The notes under the pieces: generated by a model
Told to the model about the DNA's origin: nothing
Database searches by the model: none
What the model saw: only the letters and a program-made list of their open reading frames with translations
Position numbers and translations under genes: made by a program
From: Candidatus Melainabacteria bacterium 17Bon1m
GTDB taxonomy: Bacteria; Cyanobacteriota; Vampirovibrionia; Obscuribacterales; Obscuribacteraceae
Direction: 5' to 3'
NCBI GenBank assembly: GCA_032128875.1
Contig: JAVLKG010000001.1
Coordinates: forward strand, 1,049,453-1,113,452
Length of the DNA stretch: 64,000 nucleotides
Part shown: positions 48,653-58,221 of the stretch, piece after piece
How positions within the stretch are numbered: the stretch's first letter is position 1
Layout: each line of letters starts with the position of its first letter

Positions 48653-49759
48653 GTGGCTGACAACGCGGCAAATTCCGTTCATAAGAACGCAGGCATCTCG
48701 ATTCTCGGCGCCGGAAGCTGGGGAATGACCCTGGCGTGGCTGCTTGGAAATGCAGGTCATGATGTAATTCTTTATACGCGCAGTCAGGAGAAGGCGAAGC
48801 GTTTGACTGCCGAGCGCACAGTTACCGAGCCTGTGAAAGTCGAATTGCCTGCCTCTCTCAAGGTGACATGTGACCTGGAAGAAGCTGTCAAAGCCGAGCG
48901 GGTAATAATTCTGGCGTGTACGTCTCAGACTGTTCGCGAATTAGCTACCGCTGTGCACCGCGTGCTCGAGGCCTCGCCATCCACGACACCGCCTGTTGTA
49001 GTGAGCGCCGTCAAGGGGTTGGAACTCGAGACTCTTAAGCGAATGTCTGAGGTTATTGCCGAGAGCATTCCGAACGCCAATGTCTGTTCGCTTTCCGGTC
49101 CCAATCTTGCCGACGAGATCTTGATGGGTATGCCTGCCGCGACAGTCGTTGCCTGCGAAGAGGCGGAGGTGGCAGCCTTTGTGCAAAGTGTTTTGACCTC
49201 AAAAAGATTTCGCGTCTATACCAATACTGACATCGTCGGCGTCGAGCTGGGCGGCTCGCTCAAAAACATCATTGCGATTGCCGCCGGTGTGTCTGACGAA
49301 TTGCACTTGGGTGCCAATTCGAAAGCTGCACTTTTAACGCGAGGCTTGGCTGAGATGACAAGATTGTCTGTCACTCTGGGCGGGCAAGGCTCAACGATGG
49401 CTGGGCTGGCGGGTATGGGCGACCTCTTTGCCACGTCTGCTGCCGTGACATCGCGCAACTACCGGCTGGGCACTGCCATCGCCAGGGGCGCTACTGCCAA
49501 GGAGGCGGAAGCCTCACTGGGCGTAGTTGCTGAGGGGGTGGCGACGACGTTTGCCGTTTGTGAACTTGCAAAACGGCTCAATCTGGACCTTCCCATCGCT
49601 TCGGCTGTGGAGTCGATGCTCTTAGGTAAAACTACGCCGGAAGGCGCGATAATGACTCTGATGTCCAGACCGCCGGTTTCTGAAGCCAGATCTTCCAAAG
49701 ATAACGAGAAGACTGGTCGCACCGGCGGACAAAGTGTCAACAGCATCATCGGTGGCTAA
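48653..49759 (+). CDS. gpsA: NAD(P)H-dependent glycerol-3-phosphate dehydrogenase
   Basis: GAGSWG, LSGPNLA, GVELGGSLKNIIAIAAG, GLAGMGDL, SRNY. Confidence 0.95.
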   Translation: MADNAANSVHKNAGISILGAGSWGMTLAWLLGNAGHDVILYTRSQEKAKRLTAERTVTEPVKVELPASLKVTCDLEEAVKAERVIILACTSQTVRELATAVHRVLEASPSTTPPVVVSAVKGLELETLKRMSEVIAESIPNANVCSLSGPNLADEILMGMPAATVVACEEAEVAAFVQSVLTSKRFRVYTNTDIVGVELGGSLKNIIAIAAGVSDELHLGANSKAALLTRGLAEMTRLSVTLGGQGSTMAGLAGMGDLFATSAAVTSRNYRLGTAIARGATAKEAEASLGVVAEGVATTFAVCELAKRLNLDLPIASAVESMLLGKTTPEGAIMTLMSRPPVSEARSSKDNEKTGRTGGQSVNSIIGG

Positions 49760-49777
49760 GGAGAACGAAAGTAATCT

Positions 49778-51028
49778 ATGACTGACAAACGCCTGCTCAT
49801 GCTCTCCTGGGAATACCCGCCGCGCATCATTGGCGGTTTGGCTCGTGTGGTTGAGGCTCTGTCTCGCCAGCTGGCTAATGACAAATGGGAAGTGCATGTG
49901 GTCACCGCGGACCACCCAGGCACTCCCGAACACGAAGTTATGGACGGTGTCCATGTGCACCGCGTGAAAAACCAAACAGACATGACCCCAGATTTTCTTA
50001 CCTGGGTGAATCGTTTGAATTTCGGCATGTTGCAGCACGCAATTCAATTGCATCGCAAACATCCGTTTTCAATCGTACACGCACATGACTGGATGGTTAC
50101 TGATGCCGCCTGGACGATCAAGTCAGGATGCGGCATTCCGATGGTTGCCACCATGCACGCTACCGAAGCAGGTCGCATGCATGGAATTCACAACGATCTC
50201 AATCGCTACATTCACCAAATGGAATGGCGTCTCACTTTCGAATCGTGGGAAGTTATCGTCAACAGCCACAGCATGCACGCAGAGCTGCAGCGCCTCTTTG
50301 GCGTTCCTAAAGACAAGATAGTTGTTATTCCGAATGGAACCGATCCGGATACTTTCAATTTCGACTTTGATCCGTATCCGATGCGCAGCCAATACGCAGG
50401 CGAACACGATCAGGTTATTTTGTATGTCGGCAGATTGGTAAATGAAAAGGGTGTGCAAATCCTTTTGGATGCCGCTCCCAAGATTATTTCCGCCTGTCCC
50501 GGGGCGCGCTTCCTGATTGTTGGAACAGGCTATTACATGGATCACTTGAAGAATCAGGCACGTTCTCTCGGTATCGACAATTACGTTCGATTCCTTGGTT
50601 ATGTGGATGATGATTCACTGAAGAAGTTCTTCAAGATCTCGGATGTAGTCTGCATACCAAGTTTATATGAGCCTTTCGGCATTGTTGCGTTAGAAGGTAT
50701 GGCAGCAGGCAAACCGGTCGTGACTTCCGACACCGGTGGTTTGACTGACTTTGTAGAGCACGGTGTAACCGGCCTGACCACCTACACCGGTGACTCCAAC
50801 AGCCTCGCCTGGGGGATCATGGAGGTGCTTCGAAACCCTGAGTTGGCCCAGCGAATGGCGAAGGACGCATATGAGAAAGTTCAGCATATCTACAACTGGA
50901 AGGTGATTGCAAAACGCACTGAAGAGTTGTACGACAAAGTCATAGCTGAGGCCGCAGAAATTGGAACCGAGGGAGTTTCGTCCCGTCCGAAGGTTCCAGT
51001 GAGCGCTAGCAAACCGGCTGTTTCTTAG
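49778..51028 (+). CDS. Glycosyltransferase family 4 protein
   Basis: SWEYPPRIIGGL, HAHDW, PSLYEPFGIVALE. Confidence 0.93.
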   Translation: MTDKRLLMLSWEYPPRIIGGLARVVEALSRQLANDKWEVHVVTADHPGTPEHEVMDGVHVHRVKNQTDMTPDFLTWVNRLNFGMLQHAIQLHRKHPFSIVHAHDWMVTDAAWTIKSGCGIPMVATMHATEAGRMHGIHNDLNRYIHQMEWRLTFESWEVIVNSHSMHAELQRLFGVPKDKIVVIPNGTDPDTFNFDFDPYPMRSQYAGEHDQVILYVGRLVNEKGVQILLDAAPKIISACPGARFLIVGTGYYMDHLKNQARSLGIDNYVRFLGYVDDDSLKKFFKISDVVCIPSLYEPFGIVALEGMAAGKPVVTSDTGGLTDFVEHGVTGLTTYTGDSNSLAWGIMEVLRNPELAQRMAKDAYEKVQHIYNWKVIAKRTEELYDKVIAEAAEIGTEGVSSRPKVPVSASKPAVS

Positions 51029-51091
51029 TGGCTTGCAATTGTTTTTGATTTGAAAAATGTCCCTTAGTTGAAAGATATGGAGGTCACAAAG

Positions 51092-53659
51092 ATGAAAGCG
51101 GTGATCATGGCGGGAGGATCTGGAACCCGGCTGAGACCTCTAACCAGCAACCTTCCGAAGCCAATGGTGCCGGTTTATAACGCGCCGATGGCGGAGCATA
51201 TCGTCAATCTTTTGAAGACGCACGACTTCAAAGACATTATTTTTACCCTCCACTATTTGCCGGATTCGATTCGCGATCACTTTGGTGATGGAACCGATTT
51301 TGGTTGCAAGATTTCGTACTCGGTGGAAGAAGGAAAACCGCTTGGAACTGCGGGTTGCGTCAAGCAAATACAAGATCAGCTCGATTCTACTTTCGTTGTT
51401 ATTTCCGGTGACAGTTTGACCGACATGGACTTGACCAAAGCGGTCAAATTCCATAAAGAGAAGAAATCAAAGGCTACTTTGATCTTGAAACGTGTTGAAA
51501 GTCCGCTCGATTATGGTGTGGTCATTGTCGACGGAGAGCAGCGCATCAAGCGCTTCGTAGAGAAGCCCGGTGCATCTGAGATTTTCTCCGACACCGTCAA
51601 TACCGGTACATATATTCTCGAGCCTGAAGTTATGCTCTATGTCATTCTGGGGCGTGAGCAAGACTTCTCCAACGACCTTTTCCCGCTTCTCCTTTTGAGA
51701 AACGAGCCCATGTACGGTTATGTTGATGATGGCTACTGGTGCGACATCGGTAACCTTGCCGTCTATCGCCAGGCTCACCAAGATGTGCTCGAAGGAAAAG
51801 TAAAACTCAAGAATCGCTCGTCAGAAATTCGTCCTGGTGTTTGGGTCGGAGAAGGCACCGAAATTGATGCTTCAGTGAAGATCGAACCGCCGGTCATCAT
51901 CGGTCGCAACTGCCGTATTGGACGTGATGCAGAGATTGATCAATTCACGGTTTTGGGCGACAACGTTGTTGTTCAAGAGAAGGCCACTCTGAAGCGTCCG
52001 GTGATTTGGTCCAACTCTTATATCGGCAGCAATTCCAATTTAACGGCCTGCGTAATTTGCAACGGTGCGACAATTCATAATTCAGTTGAAATTTTGGAAG
52101 GTGCCATAGTCGGCGCTAACAGCAATATTGGGCAAGAAGCTCAAATCAGCCCAGATGTGCGCATTTGGCCGGATAAACTTATTGATTCCGGCGCACGCGT
52201 AACTTCCTCTGTCATATGGGGAACCAAAGCACCACGCACCTTATTTGGTGCCCACGGTGTTCGTGGTTTGGCCAACATTGATATAACTCCGGAATTCGCA
52301 GTCAACCTGGCGGCTGCATACGGTTCTACCCTGAAGTCGGGACCAGTGCTGGTTAGCCGCGATTACTGGAGAGTCAGTCAAATGATTTCCAGAGCGGTCG
52401 TATCCGGTCTTGTTTCTGTCGGCGTCGAGGTTCAAAACCTTGAGTCTATGTCTTTGCCGATTGCTCGGTATTACGTCAAGACCCAGCGCGCAGCAGGTTT
52501 GATGCACATTCGTGTGTCTCAGAGAGAACCAGACAAACTCTCGATTGAATTCTTCGACAGCGAAGGCATTGCGATTACCAAAGCAATGGAGAGAAAAATC
52601 GAGACCACATTCTTCAAAGAGGACTTCCCTCGCTGCTTGCCTGCAGATGTAGGCAGCATCACCTTCCCGAGCCGCGTACGTGAATACTATGCGGACGAAT
52701 TCTTGAAGCACGTTAAGGGACAAGTTTTTGAAGAAGACAAAGTTCCATTCTGTATCGTGCCTGGAAGCAACTACACGAGAAAAACCAAATCCGGTGCTAT
52801 CGCAACACAAGCGCCCAAAGTTGTAATTGACTACGCGATGGCCGAGACCGGCGTACTGCTGCCGGACTTGCTTGGACAAATAGGTATTGAAACAGTTGTT
52901 CTCAACTCTTCAATCCGCAACATGCCACCACGTCCTGAAGAAAGAATCGGCATGCGTAAGCAACTGGCTGATGTGGTCAAGGCTCTCAATGCGGAGCTTG
53001 GCGTACAGGTTGGACGCAATGGTGAACAAATGACATTGGTCGATGAGACCGGTCAGATTATTCGTGGCGAACTTCTTCTTGCCGTCGTTGCAGACATCAT
53101 TCTGCGCGATAAGCCAGGGCGCTCTATAGTTGTGCCGGTCAACAGCAGTTCTTCAATCGAGCGTATTGCTGCTCGTTATAACTGCCGCGTAGTTCGCTGT
53201 AAAGCGTCGGAAACAGAAATCGGCAGCACCACAGCGAAGTTAGAAGGAGCAGTCCTGGGTGGAAGCGCAAACGGTTGCTTTATCTTCCCAGAATTCCAGA
53301 ATGGCTATGACGCCATGTTCACGGTAGGACAAGTTCTCGAACATTTGACCTACCAGGGACGTACGTTAAGTGAAGCAGTCGCAGACTTGCCGCCGCTCAT
53401 CTATCAAGTCGATTCTGTTCACTGCCCGTGGGAAAGAAAGGGTCGCGTAATGCGTCTCCTGGTGGAAAAACATCAGGATCGACCGATGGAGCTTTTGGAC
53501 GGCGTTAAGATTCAGACTCGCCCAGAGCACTGGATTTTGGTCTTGCCAGATGCGGTAGAGCCGCTTGTGCACGTCTATGCCGACGGCTTGGACTTGCAGC
53601 AGACCTCAGCCGACTTAAATGAATACACTCAACTAGTCCGTTATCTCCAAAACGCCTAG
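51092..53659 (+). CDS. Mannose-1-phosphate guanylyltransferase / phosphomannomutase-like fusion
   Basis: MAGGSGTRLRPLT, hexapeptide repeats, LFGAHGVRG; PGM/PMM fold with degenerate catalytic motifs. Confidence 0.9.
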   Translation: MKAVIMAGGSGTRLRPLTSNLPKPMVPVYNAPMAEHIVNLLKTHDFKDIIFTLHYLPDSIRDHFGDGTDFGCKISYSVEEGKPLGTAGCVKQIQDQLDSTFVVISGDSLTDMDLTKAVKFHKEKKSKATLILKRVESPLDYGVVIVDGEQRIKRFVEKPGASEIFSDTVNTGTYILEPEVMLYVILGREQDFSNDLFPLLLLRNEPMYGYVDDGYWCDIGNLAVYRQAHQDVLEGKVKLKNRSSEIRPGVWVGEGTEIDASVKIEPPVIIGRNCRIGRDAEIDQFTVLGDNVVVQEKATLKRPVIWSNSYIGSNSNLTACVICNGATIHNSVEILEGAIVGANSNIGQEAQISPDVRIWPDKLIDSGARVTSSVIWGTKAPRTLFGAHGVRGLANIDITPEFAVNLAAAYGSTLKSGPVLVSRDYWRVSQMISRAVVSGLVSVGVEVQNLESMSLPIARYYVKTQRAAGLMHIRVSQREPDKLSIEFFDSEGIAITKAMERKIETTFFKEDFPRCLPADVGSITFPSRVREYYADEFLKHVKGQVFEEDKVPFCIVPGSNYTRKTKSGAIATQAPKVVIDYAMAETGVLLPDLLGQIGIETVVLNSSIRNMPPRPEERIGMRKQLADVVKALNAELGVQVGRNGEQMTLVDETGQIIRGELLLAVVADIILRDKPGRSIVVPVNSSSSIERIAARYNCRVVRCKASETEIGSTTAKLEGAVLGGSANGCFIFPEFQNGYDAMFTVGQVLEHLTYQGRTLSEAVADLPPLIYQVDSVHCPWERKGRVMRLLVEKHQDRPMELLDGVKIQTRPEHWILVLPDAVEPLVHVYADGLDLQQTSADLNEYTQLVRYLQNA

Positions 53660-53687
53660 CTATCGTGGGGGCGTTGAGTACCGTGTC

Positions 53688-55685
53688 GTGAGTTCGCAAG
53701 ACGAAATCAAAACCGGCGAAGTCTCTATTAATGACCGGACTTTAGTCAATGTGTCCGACAATCCAGCCTTGGCTGATCCGCTTGTGCAAAATCAGTTGAG
53801 CGAAGGTCAGGTTCTCGCCGGTAAGTACAAGATTGTGCAATACGTCGGCGCTGGCGGAATGAGCGTTGTATATAAAGCTCGCGATCAAGTTTTGTCCCGA
53901 GATGTTGCTATCAAAATGCTTTCCGCTTCGCGTGTTTCAGACGATAAGAGCGTTCGTAGATTTCACCAGGAAGGCACAGCGGTTGGACGGCTCAACCACC
54001 AAAACATTGTTAGTGTTTACGATGTTGGGCTAACGGAGAACGGCGAGCCGTTTCTCGTCATGGATTTTGCAAAAGGAAAAACACTTACTGAGCTAGTCAG
54101 TTTTTCCGGAAGATGTTCACCGCTGCGTGCTTTGCATCTCATCAATAATGTTCTCGATGCACTGGTGCACGCTCATGAAAAGGGCGTTGTACACAGGGAT
54201 TTGAAGCCCGGCAACATAATTGTTTCCAATCCCGGAGAGGCAAATGAGTTTGCCAGAGTTTTCGATTTTGGCATTGCAAAACTCATGCCCGGAGCTGATA
54301 CCACCAGTAGTGAACTGACTCAAACTGGAGAAATCTTTGGAAGTCCGCTCTATATGAGCCCTGAACAGTGTCTTGGTAAGGCTCTCGATGGGCGCTCAGA
54401 TATCTATTCTGTTGGTTGTATTCTCTTTGAATTACTTGTCGGTCATCCGCCACATCAAGCAGAGACTTCTGTTGAAACGATCATCAAACATGTTCAAGAC
54501 CAAGCGAAATCGCTCAAAGAATCTTGCCCAGGAGCAAGATTTGATGAGGGTCTTGAAGATGTAGTTCGCAAAGCATTATGCAAAAATCCTGCAGATAGAT
54601 TTCAAACTTCAAAAGAGATGAAAGATGCAATTGAGCAATTGATTGATGCTTCGAATAGTTCACGTTTGGAAGCGACCCAAAGACAAAAATTGTTTGGTCT
54701 ATTCGAAAAGGATTTACTAACCGTCGGGATCGTTGGTGGACTCTGCGTCTTGGGCATAGTCTTGATCGGCGTACTGGGCTGGTTTACATTTTCTTCTTTC
54801 TCGCAGAAGAACAAACCGCTGCGCACGGATATGAATTCGGGCATGATGCGTTATGCGGTCGATGAAGCTCAAAAAATTACCGAGCGCGAAAACCTTGGTG
54901 CTGACGAACGTGACCAATCGTTCCATTTCCCTGACGGTACTGCTGCTCTCTCCTATCAAGACATTGATGACACCGTTGTCGGCAAACTGACAAATACAGC
55001 TGGCATCAGCAAAATCGACATTAACCACAGCAGAGTGACAGCGTCTAAATTGTTGCTCAGTTACTTTTCGCGCCTGGAAGCAACATCCGTGAACATGGTG
55101 GGAAGCAAGTTTGATTTGGAGTTCTTGCGCGCCTTGTCGCGAATGAAAACGCTTCGTGTCCTGGAGATCTCTGACTTGGAGGAGCCGCTGACTGAGGCGC
55201 AAATGGAGCTTATCTGCGACGTGCCTACCCTGCAAGAACTTTGGTTGAGCCGTTCCATAGAATCAGACGAGGCGCTCAAACCCATTGTTAAGCTCAAAAA
55301 TCTTCTCACGCTCGATTTGTCGAGGTGTAAGGTCACGGACAAAGCGATGGAGTACGTAGGTCAGTGTCAAGCCTTGCTTCGCCTGGATATGAACGGTGCC
55401 AGGGTGAGTGGCACAGGTCTGCGAAGACTCGCCGGTTTAAAGAAGCTGACGTCTCTCGATATAGCCAACAATCGAATGTCCGACCAAGACGTTGACGGGA
55501 TTTGTGCTTTGTCTGGTCTGAGGAATTTAAACCTCGAAGGCAATAACATTACGGACTCAGGACTAATGAATCTCACTAAGCTGAAGAAGCTGGCGGTCCT
55601 GCGACTGGAGCGATGCCCGAAAATTACGCACAGCGGTATTTCGAAGTTTCTCGCGGTGCTGCCCCATTGCTCGGTTAAGCGATAG
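53688..55685 (+). CDS. Hanks-type Ser/Thr protein kinase with TM helix and C-terminal leucine-rich repeats
   Basis: GAGGMSVV, VAIKML, HRDLKPGN, DFGIAK, YMSPEQ; TM helix; LxxLxLxxxxVTD repeats. Confidence 0.93.
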   Translation: MSSQDEIKTGEVSINDRTLVNVSDNPALADPLVQNQLSEGQVLAGKYKIVQYVGAGGMSVVYKARDQVLSRDVAIKMLSASRVSDDKSVRRFHQEGTAVGRLNHQNIVSVYDVGLTENGEPFLVMDFAKGKTLTELVSFSGRCSPLRALHLINNVLDALVHAHEKGVVHRDLKPGNIIVSNPGEANEFARVFDFGIAKLMPGADTTSSELTQTGEIFGSPLYMSPEQCLGKALDGRSDIYSVGCILFELLVGHPPHQAETSVETIIKHVQDQAKSLKESCPGARFDEGLEDVVRKALCKNPADRFQTSKEMKDAIEQLIDASNSSRLEATQRQKLFGLFEKDLLTVGIVGGLCVLGIVLIGVLGWFTFSSFSQKNKPLRTDMNSGMMRYAVDEAQKITERENLGADERDQSFHFPDGTAALSYQDIDDTVVGKLTNTAGISKIDINHSRVTASKLLLSYFSRLEATSVNMVGSKFDLEFLRALSRMKTLRVLEISDLEEPLTEAQMELICDVPTLQELWLSRSIESDEALKPIVKLKNLLTLDLSRCKVTDKAMEYVGQCQALLRLDMNGARVSGTGLRRLAGLKKLTSLDIANNRMSDQDVDGICALSGLRNLNLEGNNITDSGLMNLTKLKKLAVLRLERCPKITHSGISKFLAVLPHCSVKR

Positions 55686-55909
55686 GACGACTGGACCGAT
55701 AATATGGTGGAAACGCAGCGGGGCACGAATCCCCGTTTCGAGTGATTTTTGCCGCATTCTCGAGGTGAAACGTCGTCCGCCCCAGCAAATCAGTGTTTCA
55801 GCTTGCTGCATAGAACCATAAAGTGGTTTTGACCTTTAAATGTAAGGGTAAAGGATACTTTGAGACTGGTTGCAAAAAATTGGCTTGCAGCCGAAAAGGA
55901 GGCCGTCTG

Positions 55910-56713
55910 ATGTGGGAGAAGAAAGAGAATCCCAAGGGCAAGGGATCTCGAAAGGATGGCGATAAGCGCAAATTCCTGGATGCCCATCCGGCTAAGCCGA
56001 AAGGTCCTTCGGGGCAGGGTGGCGGCGTTACTCCTGAAAGCGTGCAGTTTCACGCCATGCAGCAGTCGGACCAGATTGCCAACGTAGCGCAACAAGTTTT
56101 GGTCTATCACGAGTCATCGGACGGAGCCACAAACAGCGGTACCGATTGGATGAGCCGTCTGAAAGAAGAGTCTATGAACTTCCTGGCAGAGCAGCGGGGT
56201 GTTCAGCTTCAGCAGCTTTACAGAGAAGCGGCTTATAAAAAAGGCGTGGAAGTCCTCGTAGATAAGATTTACGGACTGCTTCAGCGCTATGCCTTTGAGT
56301 TTAACCAGATAGCCGGCGGAACCGAATTGCACGTATCCGGCACCATATCCGGTGACGTGACCGAGGCTACCAAGGTTAACCGGATGAGAGAAATTGAGGA
56401 GACCGAAACCTTCTTCCGTGCCAGATTCTCAACCAAGCTTTTCAGCCTCGTGGTTCGTGGCAAAGACGACCATATAGATTTTTATCTGCTGCCGACCAGT
56501 CGCATGTTGGCGGGCAGCCTGGTCGAAGGTGAATATAAACCAATTTCCACCTTGCAAGTGCGTATCGCGGAGCAGGGCATGATGTGGCGCATGGCTGATG
56601 CCATTCCTCCTGTGGACAATCTCGATAAGCTCTGTATGTGGCTGTTTACCACCCTTATTGAAGAAACCAAGGAAGCCACGAAAGACGAAGAAGATGAAGG
56701 CAAAAAAGCGTAA
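55910..56713 (+). CDS. Hypothetical protein
   Basis: Strong SD aggagg before ATG 55910; 267-aa open frame. Confidence 0.75.
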   Translation: MWEKKENPKGKGSRKDGDKRKFLDAHPAKPKGPSGQGGGVTPESVQFHAMQQSDQIANVAQQVLVYHESSDGATNSGTDWMSRLKEESMNFLAEQRGVQLQQLYREAAYKKGVEVLVDKIYGLLQRYAFEFNQIAGGTELHVSGTISGDVTEATKVNRMREIEETETFFRARFSTKLFSLVVRGKDDHIDFYLLPTSRMLAGSLVEGEYKPISTLQVRIAEQGMMWRMADAIPPVDNLDKLCMWLFTTLIEETKEATKDEEDEGKKA

Positions 56714-56801
56714 AGGTAGATATTTGTTAGTTTGGTGGTAATAATCTCATAGGGACCCCGGGGGTCTAACTGTTTTTGTCCGGAGTTTCTGGAGTCGCTA
56801 T

Positions 56802-57767
56802 ATGTCCATCAATCCTGAAATGCTGAAGCAGCTTCTCGAAGAATTCAACGAGAAGGAAGCTCTTAATGCTGCTGAAATCAATGTTGTCGAGCAGCAGATT
56901 GTGGAAATGGAGCAAAGAATAGTCGAAGTCAAAGCAAAGCTTCAGACTGTGGCGGCTGACAGAGAAAAAGTGACAGCGATGATGACCCGCCATACCGCGG
57001 GGGGCGATTGGACTCTGCCTGCCGACGTTCTGGCTGCATCTCCCGCCGCTGCTGCAGCTGCAGCATCTTCCCAGGCTTCGACGGCAGCACCCGCCCCGAC
57101 GCCTGCCGCCTCAGCACCCGCTGCTGCTGTAGCTCCGACCGCACCTCCGGCAATGCCGGCTCCACCAAAACCTACATCCACTTCACAAGCGCTTGCTGCC
57201 CTGGCAAAGCCTGCCCCGCAAGCTGCCGAGCCTGTGCCCGCTCCTGCCGCAGCACCGGCGCCTGCCGTAAATCCAGCTCTGGCTCCGACCTCAGCAACCT
57301 CCTCCGGGGTTTTCGCGGTTCCCGCTCCGGCTCCAAGTAGCGCCCTGTTCTCATCTCCTCCTCCAGGCGATATTCCGGGCACGGTCTCCGGAACGTTCCA
57401 GCCCGTCACTCAACCTACTGCATCGGGCACTTTCCCTGCGGTTGCTTCTGCTCCTGCTCAACCTGCTCCGTCTCAACCGGCAGTCTCTCCACAACCTTTC
57501 CAACCGGCGCCGCCTACAGGATTTCCGCCGCCGTCCCCCCTGCAGGCAGATACGACTGCCAATCCTTTTGCATCTTCTGCTCCTTCTGCGCCTCCCGCTC
57601 CTCAGCCTTACGCTCAGATGCCGCAGGGGCAGATGCCTCAGGGTTTTGAAACTGCCCCGGGCGTTCCGGCCGCCGACCCTACGACCGCTCAGCCTGCTGC
57701 CGAGGGCGAAGAGGATGAGGAAACCGTCAGAGATATCAACGATGCTCTGCGCGGTCTTTTCCGTTAA
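56802..57767 (+). CDS. Hypothetical protein: coiled-coil N-terminus, long Pro/Ala-rich linker, short C-terminal helix
   Basis: SD ggag; amino-acid composition of the translation. Confidence 0.75.
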   Translation: MSINPEMLKQLLEEFNEKEALNAAEINVVEQQIVEMEQRIVEVKAKLQTVAADREKVTAMMTRHTAGGDWTLPADVLAASPAAAAAAASSQASTAAPAPTPAASAPAAAVAPTAPPAMPAPPKPTSTSQALAALAKPAPQAAEPVPAPAAAPAPAVNPALAPTSATSSGVFAVPAPAPSSALFSSPPPGDIPGTVSGTFQPVTQPTASGTFPAVASAPAQPAPSQPAVSPQPFQPAPPTGFPPPSPLQADTTANPFASSAPSAPPAPQPYAQMPQGQMPQGFETAPGVPAADPTTAQPAAEGEEDEETVRDINDALRGLFR

Positions 57768-57784
57768 ACCAAATCTTGGAAGTT

Positions 57785-57830
57785 CGCTTACATAGAAATC
57801 ATGATTCCTGCGCTTACACAGAAATCATGA
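57785..57830. repeat. 20-bp direct repeat, one mismatch, period 26
   Basis: cgcttacatagaaatcatga and cgcttacacagaaatcatga. Confidence 0.8.
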
Positions 57831-57973
57831 GACTTTCGAGCCGCTTTGCTAACATATGCGCCCGCACGTGCATTTGAGCGGCTTCCGACTCCAGTGCCCG
57901 GTGTCGCGTATTTTCGATTGCTTACTTGCAAATCAGTTGCAGTGTCCCAACCCATTTCAAAACGGCAGAACCA

Positions 57974-58186
57974 ATGAAACAAATTCCTTCCATGATGGCC
58001 GGCGTCGTTGTAGAACTCCTCGTTAAGCCCGGAGATTCAGTCTCTGACGGCATGGACGTAGCCATCCTCGAATCGATGAAAATGCAGTTGCCAGTGCAGT
58101 CCAATACTGCAGGCACTGTAAAAGCTGTCAAAGTCGCAGCCGGAGACTTCGTCAATGAAGGCGACGCGCTCATGGAACTTGAATAA
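57974..58186 (+). CDS. Stand-alone biotin carboxyl carrier protein
   Basis: ILESMKMQ biotinylation motif; start placed at ATG 57974. Confidence 0.88.
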   Translation: MKQIPSMMAGVVVELLVKPGDSVSDGMDVAILESMKMQLPVQSNTAGTVKAVKVAAGDFVNEGDALMELE

Positions 58187-58221
58187 TAGATATTAGTGAC
58201 ACTCATTGAGGAAGGCACACC

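Noticed and set aside
55685-55778. Multi-stem structure closed by GGACGAC/GTCGTCC with GAAA, resembling a hammerhead ribozyme
   Set aside because: Lacks the CUGANGA core and a properly placed NUH cleavage triplet; stems are short and may be chance
56942-57409. Ala/Gly-rich minus-strand ORF
   Set aside because: Mirror of the Pro/Ala low-complexity region of the plus-strand gene
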